A DNA stretch of 32,000 bases from Phycisphaera mikurensis NBRC 102666 (GTDB lineage: Bacteria > Planctomycetota > Phycisphaerae > Phycisphaerales > Phycisphaeraceae), in the NCBI RefSeq assembly GCF_000284115.1, contig NC_017080.1:2550001-2582000 (forward strand), given 5' to 3'. The translations under genes were made by a program, and so were the position numbers. Shown piece by piece: positions 1 to 8,320 of this stretch (position 1 is the first letter of the stretch; each line of letters opens with the position of its first letter). The notes below the pieces were generated by a model. That model saw only the letters and a program-made list of their open reading frames with translations. It ran no database searches and was not told the origin of the DNA.

Positions 1-1284
1 GTCGACGAAGCCCACGCCGACGAGATCGTCCACGCGGTCACCTCGCTCCCCGAGGACGAGCGGGAGAAGCTCTTCGACGTGCTCGACGCCGAGCGCGGCG
101 CCGCCGTGCTCGAGCTGCTGCCCGACAGCCAGGCGGTCGACTCGCTGGAGAGCCTGGACCCCGACGCGGCGGCCGAGCTGATCCACGAGCTCGACTCGGA
201 AGACCAGGCCGACCTCATCGCCCTGCTCGACGATCCCGAGCTGATCCTCAGCCGCCTGCCCGCGGAGGAGGCCGAGGAGATCCGCGATCTCGCCAGCTAC
301 CCCGCCGACACCGCGGGCGGGATGATGGGGACCGAGTTCCTGGCCTTCCCGCTCGGCTCCACCGTCGGCGACGTCGTCAAGGAGCTGCAGGACCACGCCG
401 ACGAGCACAGCGATGCCGACGTGCAGTACGTCTACGTGACCGACGAGGACGGCCGCCTGCGCGGCGTGCTCCCGCTGCGCAACCTCGTCGTCTCGAAGCG
501 CGCCCGCAAGATCTCCGACGTCATGATCGCCGACCCGCTGGCGATGCCCTCGGACGCGACGCTGGACCGCATGATCGCCTTCTTCGACGATCACCACTTC
601 CTGGGCGTGCCGGTGGTCACCACCGCCGAGGACCCGGTGCCCGGCCGCCTGCTCGGCGTTCTGCAGGCCGCGGAGGTGGACGAGGCGGAGGCGGAGCTGC
701 GTGGCGGCGAGTTCCGCCGCAGCCAGGGCATCGTCGGCGGCGAGGAGCTGCGGAGCATGCCGCTGTTGCTGCGGAGCCGCCGGCGGTTCTCGTGGCTGAC
801 GCTGAACATCGGCTTGAACGTCGTGGCGGCCAGCGTCATCGCCCGGAACCTGGACGTCATCGAGGCGATCGCGCCCCTGGCGGTCATCATGCCGATCATC
901 TCGGACATGTCCGGCTGCTCGGGCAACCAGGCCGTGGCCGTCTCGATGCGCGAGCTGTCGCTGAACGTCGCCCGGCCGAGCGACTGGTTCCGCGTCTGGC
1001 GGAAGGAGGCGGCGGTCGGCTCGGTCAACGGGATCGGCCTCGGCCTGCTGCTCGGGCTCGCCGGCGGCCTCTGGCAGGGCCCGTGGTTCGGCTTCGTGGT
1101 GGGCGCCGCGCTCGCGGCCAACACGCTGGTGGCGGTGAGCATCGGCGGCGTGGTCCCCCTGCTGCTCAAGGGCCTCAAGCTCGACCCCGCCGTCGGCGCC
1201 GGCCCGATCCTCACGACCGTCACCGACATGTGCGGCTTCTTCCTGGTGCTCACCATGGCGGCGAACCTGCTGCAGCAGGCCTGA
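1..1284 (+). CDS. mgtE: Magnesium transporter MgtE (5'-partial; the reading frame is open from base 1, so the real start lies upstream of the window)
   Basis: Frame 1 is open from position 1 (VDEAHADEIVHAVTSLPEDEREKLFDVLDAERGAAVLELL...). It shows an acidic MgtE N-domain, a CBS-pair-like middle (VQYVYVTDEDGRLRGVLPLRNLV...) and a C-terminal TM domain with the signature PIISDMSGCSGNQAVAV and GPILTTVTDMCGFF. Stop at 1282-1284. Confidence 0.85.
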   Translation, partial: VDEAHADEIVHAVTSLPEDEREKLFDVLDAERGAAVLELLPDSQAVDSLESLDPDAAAELIHELDSEDQADLIALLDDPELILSRLPAEEAEEIRDLASYPADTAGGMMGTEFLAFPLGSTVGDVVKELQDHADEHSDADVQYVYVTDEDGRLRGVLPLRNLVVSKRARKISDVMIADPLAMPSDATLDRMIAFFDDHHFLGVPVVTTAEDPVPGRLLGVLQAAEVDEAEAELRGGEFRRSQGIVGGEELRSMPLLLRSRRRFSWLTLNIGLNVVAASVIARNLDVIEAIAPLAVIMPIISDMSGCSGNQAVAVSMRELSLNVARPSDWFRVWRKEAAVGSVNGIGLGLLLGLAGGLWQGPWFGFVVGAALAANTLVAVSIGGVVPLLLKGLKLDPAVGAGPILTTVTDMCGFFLVLTMAANLLQQA

Positions 1285-1398
1285 GGGAGTGCGTCGGCCG
1301 TGCCGACCAGGAGACGAAGCGACGGGTGCGGGACGTTTCGGCACTCGGGACTGCATCGACCGCGAAGCAAGCAGCTCCAGGCCTGGGCGGAGGTGGGT

Positions 1399-1595
1399 GA
1401 GAGACAAAGAGACAGAATCAGCGAAAGAGAGAAAAGCGGCCGGCGCCCTTGTCTGTTCTCGTCTCTACGTCTCTACGTCTCTACGTCTCTACGTCTCTTC
1501 GTCTCGTCGTCTCTTCAACTTTTCGTCTGTTCGTCTCTCCGTCTCTCCGTCTCTTCGTCTCTCCGTCTCTCCATCTCTCCGTCTCTCCGTCTCTC
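1399..1595. repeat. 8-bp-periodic tandem array (GTCTCTNC), about 17 units in register from 1461 to 1595, preceded by a purine-rich tract carrying inverted GAGAC copies (1399-1436)
   Basis: Direct reading: gtctctac x4 (1461-1492), then gtctcttc, gtctcgtc, gtctcttc, aacttttc, gtctgttc, gtctctcc x2, gtctcttc, gtctctcc x2, atctctcc, gtctctcc, gtctctc. Upstream is 'gagagacaaagagacagaatcagcgaaagagagaaaag'. It lies between convergent stops (mgtE at 1284, symporter at 1603). Confidence 0.9.
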
Positions 1596-1602
1596 GCCGC
1601 AC

Positions 1603-3435
1603 TCACGGCCCCACCGCCAGCCGGTCATCCGCTTCCGCACGCCGCAGATCCCGCAGCAACCACAGCCCGCCGGCGATCCACAGGACCGCCAGGACGCCGC
1701 TCTCCCACCACTGGTGGAGGATGAGCGCCATCGGCAGCAGGAAGGTGAAGACCTGCCAGAGCACGGCCACCACCAGCCGCACCACGTCGGTGCGGTGCTC
1801 GTCCCGATCGTCGGCCTTCCAGCTCGAGGGCCAGGTGCCCAGCGGGCGGACCTGCTCGTAGAAGGCCCGGGCCTCGCGCTCGTCGGTCGCCGGGAAGAGG
1901 TACGTGCCCGCGAGGCAGCCGACGGCCGAGCCGAGCGTCACGAAAGCGATGACGAAGACGTCGGTCAGCTCGCCGTGCTGGCTGAGCACCCCGAAGTCCG
2001 CGGGCATCGCCGCCGCCAGTGGCGCCTTGAGCAACTCGAGCCCCAGCGAAGCGGCGAAGCCGGTGGCCACGCCCGCCGCGAAGCCGGCGCCGTTGAAGCG
2101 GGCCCAGAACCAGCGCAGCGCGAACGGCAGCAGGAAGGCCGGGAACAGCTGGATCACGATCGTGACCCAGACGTCGACCACCGCCCCGCCGAGCGCAAGC
2201 GCCAGCACCAACCCGGCGGCGACGATCAGGATCGACGCCGCGTAGCCCACGTAGACCTGCGACTTCGCGGAGCCTTCGCCCCGCAGCGGCACCCACAGGT
2301 CGCGGACCACGTAGCTGGCCCCCGCGTTGATCGTCGAGTCGAAGGTGCTCATGCTCGCCGCGAAGATTGCCGCCACCAGCACGCCGGTCATCCCCACCGG
2401 GATCAGATCGGACAGCAGCACCTGCGGCAGGATCGCCTCGGGGTCCTCGCTGCCGATCCCCAAGTGGATCGCCAGGATCACGAAGCCCAGCACCATGGGC
2501 CAGCGGAACGCGAAGAGCACCGTCCAGAGCATGCAGAGCTTCTGCACCGTCGGCCCGTCCTTGGCCGCGTAGAAGCGCTGGGCCATGTACGCCGAGCCGC
2601 CCGAGCCGCCGAGGCCCTCGAGCAGGCCCTTGCCCGCCCAGAAGATCAGGAAGACGATGAAGGGGGAGTAGAGGATCCGAGAGCCGGCCTCTTCTCCAAG
2701 CGCCGGCGCCGCGGCGTCCAGCCCCTGCACCACCGGCGTCTCCAGCCCGCCGAAGAAGACCGGCCAGACCTGGTTGCTCGCCGCCCCCGGCCAGTCGGCG
2801 AGCAGCTCCGGCGTCACGTACCCGAAGGCCAGCACGCTCATGTACACCGCCGCGAAACCGATCAGCCCGGCCTGGAAGACGTCCGTCCAGACCACCCCGT
2901 ACAGCCCGCTGGCCATTGTGTACGCGAGCGCGATCACCGCCATCGCCACGGCGCAGGTCGTCACCGAGAACGGCAGAAAGACCGCGAGGAACTTGCCCGC
3001 CGCGGCGAGGAAGAACACGACCATGCCGACGGTGATCACCAGGTACGTCGCCGCGGCGACGTAGCGGGCCAGACGACCCTGATAGCCGGAGCCGAACCGG
3101 AGAAGCATCCACTCGCCCGTGGTCATCACCCGCGAGCGCATGTGCCACTTGCCCATGAAGGCCAGGAACACCGCGATCGGCAGCACCACGCCGCCGCGCA
3201 TCTCGATGAAGAAGCCCTGCAGCCCGTGCAGGTAGAGCAGCGTGATGATCGTGATCGTGCCCGCGGCGTCGAGGTTGCTGGACATGCCCGACGCCCCCAG
3301 CGCCCACCAGGGCGTGCGGCGCCCCGCGAGGAAGTAGTCGTCGCCGCTGCGGCCCGCCTTCCGCGTGAGGGCGAGGCCCACGGCCACGAGCCCCACGAGG
3401 TAAGCGACGACGATCCCGTAGTCGAGCGGCTGCAT
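1603..3435 (-). CDS. Sodium:solute symporter (SSS) family transporter, 610 aa
   Basis: In the ORF 1603..3675, the first 80 codons are Arg/Ala-rich junk. The ATG at 3435 gives MQPLDYGIVVAYLVGLVAVGLALTRKAGRSGDDYFLAGRRTPWWALGASGMSSNLDAAG..., a typical SSS N-terminus, followed by many TM helices throughout. Confidence 0.8.
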   Translation of the reverse strand: MQPLDYGIVVAYLVGLVAVGLALTRKAGRSGDDYFLAGRRTPWWALGASGMSSNLDAAGTITIITLLYLHGLQGFFIEMRGGVVLPIAVFLAFMGKWHMRSRVMTTGEWMLLRFGSGYQGRLARYVAAATYLVITVGMVVFFLAAAGKFLAVFLPFSVTTCAVAMAVIALAYTMASGLYGVVWTDVFQAGLIGFAAVYMSVLAFGYVTPELLADWPGAASNQVWPVFFGGLETPVVQGLDAAAPALGEEAGSRILYSPFIVFLIFWAGKGLLEGLGGSGGSAYMAQRFYAAKDGPTVQKLCMLWTVLFAFRWPMVLGFVILAIHLGIGSEDPEAILPQVLLSDLIPVGMTGVLVAAIFAASMSTFDSTINAGASYVVRDLWVPLRGEGSAKSQVYVGYAASILIVAAGLVLALALGGAVVDVWVTIVIQLFPAFLLPFALRWFWARFNGAGFAAGVATGFAASLGLELLKAPLAAAMPADFGVLSQHGELTDVFVIAFVTLGSAVGCLAGTYLFPATDEREARAFYEQVRPLGTWPSSWKADDRDEHRTDVVRLVVAVLWQVFTFLLPMALILHQWWESGVLAVLWIAGGLWLLRDLRRAEADDRLAVGP

Positions 3436-3568
3436 CCGCGGAAGGTAGAAGAACGTGGCGCGAGCGGCCGCAGCGCCGACGCCAGGCGCCCGCGGCCCCC
3501 GGCTCGCGAGGCCACGTCTGGGGACGACGCGGCTCCGCTGGGCGGTGGCGGCGGCTCTCGCATCGGCC

Positions 3569-4276
3569 TCAGGCGTTCGCGGGCGCGACCTGCCCGCGCA
3601 GCACCTCCCAGCCGATCCAGAAGATGACCACGTCCGCCCAGACGTGGCTGACGTACGCCGCGTAAAGGTTGCCATACCTGGCGTAGATCCAGCTCCAGGT
3701 GATGCCGCCGATCAGCACGCCCAGCGAGCCGAGCAGCGTCAGCTCCCAGGGCAAGTAGGCGTCGAGGACGACGACGTGGTGCGTGGTGAAGAGCACCCCG
3801 CAGACGAGCACGGCGGCGGCGGCGGGAGCGAAAGCCCGCAGCCGCTCGTAGACCCACCACCGCCAGAAGTACTCCTCGATCAGCGAGTTCACGGTGCACC
3901 AGTAGGCGGCGGCGGCGAGAAAAGACCAGCCGTTGCGGAGCCCCGCCTCCCGCATCAGTGCCGCCATCGCCGGCGCGTCCACACGCTCGCGGCCGAAGCC
4001 GATCCACGCGAGGCCGATGGCCACGAAGATGACCGCGCCCGTCGCGTTCGCCGCGCCCATGCCCCGCCACGAAAACGGCGGGATTCGCGGCCGCCGCTCC
4101 TCCACCAGCCACAGCCACGCCAGCGGCGCCGCCACGAGCCAGGCCTTCGCGAGCGCGAAAACGGCCTTGCTCCACCAAGCCTCCGGGAAGAGCACCAGCG
4201 AGAGCGTCACCCCCACCGTCGGCAGCGGCACCGTCGCCAGCAGAAAGAGCAGCGCAGCGCGTCGGTCGTTCTCCAT
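3569..4276 (-). CDS. CPBP family intramembrane glutamic endopeptidase (CAAX/Abi-like), 235 aa
   Basis: Polytopic membrane protein with the CPBP motifs EEYFWRWWVYERL (EExxxR), FTTHHVVV (FxxxH) and YVSHVWADVVIF (distal His). Start taken at the ATG at 4276 (MENDRRAALLFLLATVPLP...); the ORF extends to 4333. Confidence 0.7.
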   Translation of the reverse strand: MENDRRAALLFLLATVPLPTVGVTLSLVLFPEAWWSKAVFALAKAWLVAAPLAWLWLVEERRPRIPPFSWRGMGAANATGAVIFVAIGLAWIGFGRERVDAPAMAALMREAGLRNGWSFLAAAAYWCTVNSLIEEYFWRWWVYERLRAFAPAAAAVLVCGVLFTTHHVVVLDAYLPWELTLLGSLGVLIGGITWSWIYARYGNLYAAYVSHVWADVVIFWIGWEVLRGQVAPANA

Positions 4277-4355
4277 GCGGCCGACGCTACCGCGGCCGCG
4301 GCCGCGGACCGCCGGCCCCGACCGCCCGAACACGCCGCGGTCCGCGGGTCCACGC

Positions 4356-4553
4356 TCAGTCCACCGGCAGCATCCGCCGCAGGCTCCGCCCGTACGCCAC
4401 CGAGCGGGCGATGACCTCGTCCATCGACTCCCGCACCATCATCCGGTCGCCGGTGGTGAGCGTGATGGTGGTGTCGGGCGTCTCCTCCACCGTGCGGATC
4501 AGCTCGGCGTTGAGCACGAAGGGCTGCTGGTTGAGGCGGGTGAGGCGGATCAT
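4356..4553 (-). CDS. flbD: Small flagellar protein FlbD (PF06289-type; B. subtilis SwrD/YlzI-like), 65 aa
   Basis: MIRLTRLNQQPFVLNAELIRTVEETPDTTITLTTGDRMMVRESMDEVIARSVAYGRS is the classic FlbD pattern (MI.LTRLNG..F.lN.dlIe.iE.tPDTvItL..G.k..VkEs.deVi). It sits immediately after flgE, as in Bacillus and spirochaetes. ATG at 4553. Confidence 0.8.
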   Translation of the reverse strand: MIRLTRLNQQPFVLNAELIRTVEETPDTTITLTTGDRMMVRESMDEVIARSVAYGRSLRRMLPVD

Positions 4554-4679
4554 GGTGGCGGAGCGGGGTGTGAAGCGGAGAGCCGACGGGAGCGGGAGCG
4601 GAGCCGCCGCCGCGGGCAACTCTTGCCGACGGCCTCGCTTCGCTCACGCCGCCGCCCCGTCGCTCCGCCGCCGCGTCGC

Positions 4680-6398
4680 TCAGCGGACCACGCTGAGCAG
4701 CTCGTTGATCATCTCGTCGCTCGTGGAGATCACCCGCGAGTTCGCACTGAAGCCGGTGCTGGCGCTGATGAGGTCGACGAACTCGCGGGAGATGTCGACG
4801 TTGGAGAGCTCCAGCGAGCGGCCGATGAGGATGCCGGCCTGGGCGGTGCCGCCGGCGACGACGACGGGGCCGCCGCTGTTGGCGGTGGCGATGAAGGTGG
4901 AGTCGCCGCCGTTCTTGAGGCCCTCGTTGTTGGCGAAGGTGGCGATCGGGATCTGGCCCAGGTCGCGGAGCAGCCCGTTGCCGAAGACCCCGACGATCGT
5001 GCCGTCCTGGCCGATGTCGAAGTCCTGCAGCGTGCCGATCGGCGAGCCGTCCTGCTGGGTCATCGCGATGGTGGAGGTCGTGTCGACCAGCGAGGTCACC
5101 GAGCCGTACGGATCGGTGAAGGCGATGTTGAAGGTGAGCGGCGTGCCGGCGCCGGTCTGGACGCGGTCGACGCCGATCGTCAGGTTGTCCGCCCCGAGCA
5201 GCTCGCCCTCGGTGTTGAAGCTCACCAGCCCGGTGCCGAGCACGCTGTCCAGGTCGGTGTCGTCGATCGCGGTGGCCACGTAGCGCCACTGCGTGCCGTT
5301 GGCGTCCTTGTTCACGAGCGAGAGCGACAGGTCCACCTCGATCGCGGTGCCGAGGCTGTCGTAAGCGACGAAGGAGGTGCGGGTGGACTCGCCGTCGGCC
5401 TCCTGGATGCGCTCCATCCGGAAGGGGGCGGTGGGGCTGGTCTCGGCGTTGACGACGAAGTTGGCGTCGGAGATCCGGGCGGCGTTCCCGCTGCCGATGT
5501 TCGACTCGATGTGGATCCGGCCGTCCGCTTCGATCCGCACCCCGGCGGTGACGGCGGGGTCGGCGGTGTCGATGCCGAAGACGTCGTCGAGGAAGTCCAT
5601 CAGGTCCTGCACCGTCTCGCCGGCGTCGTCGCTGCCGGTGGTGTTGGTGGCGCCGACCTCGAAGGTCACGTCGGGCAGATCCGCCCCGCCGCGGCTGGCG
5701 CGGGTGATCGTCACGACGTCGCCGGTGTCGAAGGCGGAGGTGCCATCGGCGATGAACAGGCCGTCGAGCCCCGAGGCCGCGCCCGCGGGCGTGGTCGCGG
5801 CGGCGTCGCTGAACAGCGGGCTGAAGGCGGTGATGGCGCCGCGCGTGGCGAGGTCGCCGCCGGCGTTGAGGTTCCCCGCGAACTTCACCTCCGTGGTGGG
5901 TTCCGCGATCGACAGCACGCCGGTGGGGATGGAGATGTCGCGGAGGACGCCCTCCACGACGTTGAAGTCGTCGTCGACGCCGAAGCCCTGCACCTTCTGC
6001 CCGTCGGCGGTGACGAGGTTGTAGTCGCGGTCGAGGCCGAAGTTGCCGTTGCGGGTGTAGAGCTGCTCGCCGCCGTGATCGACCACGAAGAAGCCGTTGC
6101 CCTCGATCGCGACGTCGGTCGCCGAGCCGGTGGGCTGCACGCTGCCGGTCGAGAAGTCCTGCTCGATCGCGCCGACGCGGACGCCCCGGCCGACCTGCGT
6201 CGGGTTGGTGCCGCCCAGGTCCCCGGTGGGCGCGCTGGCCCCGCGGAGCGTCTGGCTGATCTGCGTCTCGAAGGTGACCCGGCTCCGCTTGAAGGCGGTG
6301 GTGTTCACGTTGGCGATGTTGTTGCCGGCGACGTCGACGGCGGTCGACGCGGCGGAGAGGCCGGTGAGGCCGGTGAAGAGGGCGTTGGTGAGGGCCAT
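4680..6398 (-). CDS. flgE: Flagellar hook protein FlgE, 572 aa
   Basis: N-terminus MALTNALFTGLTGLSAASTAVDVAGNNIANVNTTAFKRSRVTFE (flagellar basal-body rod N-domain, NNIANxNTxxFK). C-terminus ...LELSNVDISREFVDLISASTGFSANSRVISTSDEMINELLSVVR (rod/hook C-terminal domain). Position after flgD. Confidence 0.93.
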   Translation of the reverse strand: MALTNALFTGLTGLSAASTAVDVAGNNIANVNTTAFKRSRVTFETQISQTLRGASAPTGDLGGTNPTQVGRGVRVGAIEQDFSTGSVQPTGSATDVAIEGNGFFVVDHGGEQLYTRNGNFGLDRDYNLVTADGQKVQGFGVDDDFNVVEGVLRDISIPTGVLSIAEPTTEVKFAGNLNAGGDLATRGAITAFSPLFSDAAATTPAGAASGLDGLFIADGTSAFDTGDVVTITRASRGGADLPDVTFEVGATNTTGSDDAGETVQDLMDFLDDVFGIDTADPAVTAGVRIEADGRIHIESNIGSGNAARISDANFVVNAETSPTAPFRMERIQEADGESTRTSFVAYDSLGTAIEVDLSLSLVNKDANGTQWRYVATAIDDTDLDSVLGTGLVSFNTEGELLGADNLTIGVDRVQTGAGTPLTFNIAFTDPYGSVTSLVDTTSTIAMTQQDGSPIGTLQDFDIGQDGTIVGVFGNGLLRDLGQIPIATFANNEGLKNGGDSTFIATANSGGPVVVAGGTAQAGILIGRSLELSNVDISREFVDLISASTGFSANSRVISTSDEMINELLSVVR

Positions 6399-6461
6399 GT
6401 GGGGTGCCGCGGCGCGGGAGGAGGGTGAGTGGATCCAGCGGAGGAAACGAAGACGCCGCGC

Positions 6462-6911
6462 TTAAACCGCGGCCTTGTTCTCGCTGACGGCGGTGACGCG
6501 ATCGAGGGGGACGGTCGGCCCGGCGTCGAGCTTCAGCCGGGCCTCGCCCTCGACGATCGTCACCCGCTCGACGACGCCGGCGACGGCGGTGCCGTCGCCG
6601 CCGAGGGCCTCGATCCGCTTGCCCAGCATGCCGCTGGCCTGATTCATCGAGCTTTGGAGCGTGAGGCTCTCCAGCGTGGTCTGCAGCGACTGCTGGCTCT
6701 CGATGTTCCGCAGGCTGGAGACCTGCTCGATGAGCTGCTGCGTGTCGTTGGGCTCGAAAGGGTCCTGCTGCGAAAGCTCCTGCAGGATGATCTTCATGAA
6801 GCCCTCGTTGTCGAGGGAGCCGAGGCCGCCGGGGTCGGCGGCGGCGGGCGTGGCGGGCGCGGAGCCGCCGCGGAGGGCGTTGAGGTCGAGGCCGCTGGCG
6901 ATGGCAGACAT
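6462..6911 (-). CDS. flgD: Flagellar hook capping/assembly protein FlgD, 149 aa
   Basis: NEGFMKIILQELSQQDPFEPNDTQQLIEQVSSLRNIESQQSL matches the conserved FlgD N-domain (FL.LLv.QL.nQDPl.P.d...fi.Qla.fs..e). Located between fliK and flgE. Confidence 0.88.
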   Translation of the reverse strand: MSAIASGLDLNALRGGSAPATPAAADPGGLGSLDNEGFMKIILQELSQQDPFEPNDTQQLIEQVSSLRNIESQQSLQTTLESLTLQSSMNQASGMLGKRIEALGGDGTAVAGVVERVTIVEGEARLKLDAGPTVPLDRVTAVSENKAAV

Positions 6912-6929
6912 GGCGGGTTCCGGGAGGGA

Positions 6930-8294
6930 TCAGCGGCCGAGGAGGTCGCCGAAGGAGCGGTTGAGGAAGGAGCGGGGCGGGGCGGGTGTCCGTTCGTCGG
7001 CTTCGCGCTGCTGGCGGGTGTGGCCCCGGCTCCGGCCCTCGTCGGGGGTGGAGCCGGAGTCGCGGGCGGAGCCGCTGGCGTCGCGGCCGCCGCTGGGATC
7101 ACGCCCCGCCTCCGACTGCGTGTTCCCCGCGGAGGCACCGGCCGATCCGGCGCTGAGCTTGTCGACGGAGAGCCCCTGAGCCTCCAGCGACGCCCGCAGC
7201 TGCGGGAGCTGTTGCTGGAGCAACTCTCGTGCCGCCGCGTTGTCGGCCTGGAAGTGCGCGGCGACGCGGCCGCCGCTCATGTCCAGCTGGACCCGGACGG
7301 TGCCGAGTGACTCGGGCGTCAGGCGGAGGGTGACGGCGCCGCCGCCTTGCGAGACGGCGGAGCGGAGGCCGCGGGTGAGGCGGCCGGCATTGAGCTCGTC
7401 GGGCGCGGCGACGGCCTCGCCGGAGCTCGGCGTTGCCGCGGCGCCGGGCGGGGCGCCGGCGACGCGGTCGACGCTCATCGGCCCGCGGTCCACCGCGGGG
7501 GCGTTGACGGGAGCCGGGGCGGCGGGGTCGGCCGCGGGGCCGGGAGCGGCCCCGCCGGCCGGGCCACCGGCCGCGGGCCGGGCGGAGGCGGGACCGGCCG
7601 GGTCCGCCGCCTCGCCGCCGGCGGGGCCGGCGGCCGCGGCCGCGGCCGCCGCGGAAGCGGCGACGCCGGCAGGTCGAACCGCCTCGGCGTCCGCGGGCGC
7701 GGCATCGGCAGCGACGACCGCTGCGCCGGCGCCGCTCGCCTTGGCCCCGCCCGTCGCGGGATTTGCGGGGGCGGACCTGCCCGGCCCCGGCTGGGACGCC
7801 GCGGTGGTGGCGGTGGCGGCGCCGACCGCCGCCACCGGTGCCGCCGCACGCCGAGCGTCGGCGACTCCCTCGGCGCCGGCCGGCGGTGCGGCCAGCTCGG
7901 TGCTGAAGCGGAAGGCGAACGCGTCGTCGAGAGCCTCGATCTCCGACGCCACCTCGGCGTCGAGCTCGGCCTCCGCGGCAGCGGCCTCGTCTCCCGGAGC
8001 GGCGGGCTCCGCGGGAGCGGCCTCGCCAGCCGCCGCGGCACGCTCTTTTGGCGCCGCCTCTGGCGGGGCGTCCGGCGCCTCGGCCGGGGCTCCAGCCTCC
8101 GCCCGCTTCGCCTCCTCTTGCGGCGGAGCTTCGGAGCGCGTGGCCTCCGCCCGCCCGGGCGAGCGGGCCTCGCGCAGCCGGTCCTCGAAGCCGGACCGCG
8201 GCCGCGGCTCCGCGTCCGCCCGCCGCGGCTCTTTGGGTCGCGGCTCGGCGGCGGCGGGGGGCGGAGCGGAGGGCGGCGGCGGGAGGGCGATCAT
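6930..8294 (-). CDS. fliK: Flagellar hook-length control protein FliK, 454 aa, extremely Ala/Pro-rich
   Basis: C-terminal Flg_hook-type segment LRLTPESLGTVRVQLDMSGGRVAAHFQADNAAARELLQQQLPQLRASLEAQGLSV. Long low-complexity A/P/E N-region. Synteny: fliJ - motE-like - fliK - flgD. Confidence 0.85.
   Translation of the reverse strand: MIALPPPPSAPPPAAAEPRPKEPRRADAEPRPRSGFEDRLREARSPGRAEATRSEAPPQEEAKRAEAGAPAEAPDAPPEAAPKERAAAAGEAAPAEPAAPGDEAAAAEAELDAEVASEIEALDDAFAFRFSTELAAPPAGAEGVADARRAAAPVAAVGAATATTAASQPGPGRSAPANPATGGAKASGAGAAVVAADAAPADAEAVRPAGVAASAAAAAAAAGPAGGEAADPAGPASARPAAGGPAGGAAPGPAADPAAPAPVNAPAVDRGPMSVDRVAGAPPGAAATPSSGEAVAAPDELNAGRLTRGLRSAVSQGGGAVTLRLTPESLGTVRVQLDMSGGRVAAHFQADNAAARELLQQQLPQLRASLEAQGLSVDKLSAGSAGASAGNTQSEAGRDPSGGRDASGSARDSGSTPDEGRSRGHTRQQREADERTPAPPRSFLNRSFGDLLGR
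7219..7234 (-). promoter_or_regulatory. Near-consensus sigma-54 -24/-12 element (cGGCAC-N5-TTGCt) inside fliK, about 300 nt upstream of flgD
   Basis: The reverse complement of 7219-7234 (agcaactctcgtgccg) is CGGCACGAGAGTTGCT. GGCAC and TTGC have the correct 5-nt spacing, with one mismatch (C for T) at the first position. Confidence 0.35.
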
Positions 8295-8320
8295 GCTGCG
8301 GAGGCGCTTTTCTTGGGGAG

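Noticed and set aside
1293-1307. The hairpin GTCGGC-cgt-GCCGAC, 9 nt after the mgtE stop, as an intrinsic terminator.
   Set aside because: The stem is 6 bp with no following T-tract. If termination occurs here it is more likely linked to the large repeat structure downstream.
1451-1595. Possible CRISPR array; the same question applies to 25853-25940.
   Set aside because: The units are 8 bp and directly abutting, with no unique spacers. CRISPR repeats are about 23-50 bp and separated by spacers of similar size. No cas genes are nearby.
1449-1724. ORFs encoding repetitive peptides (SLRLYVSTSLRLYVS...; also 1289-1861 and the 5' part of 1300-3627), which could be taken for a repeat protein.
   Set aside because: The repetition is an 8-bp DNA period read through all three frames (24 nt, or 8 aa, periodicity). 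All three frames are open over the array, which is not expected for real coding sequence. It lies between two convergent gene ends, and there is no credible start context.
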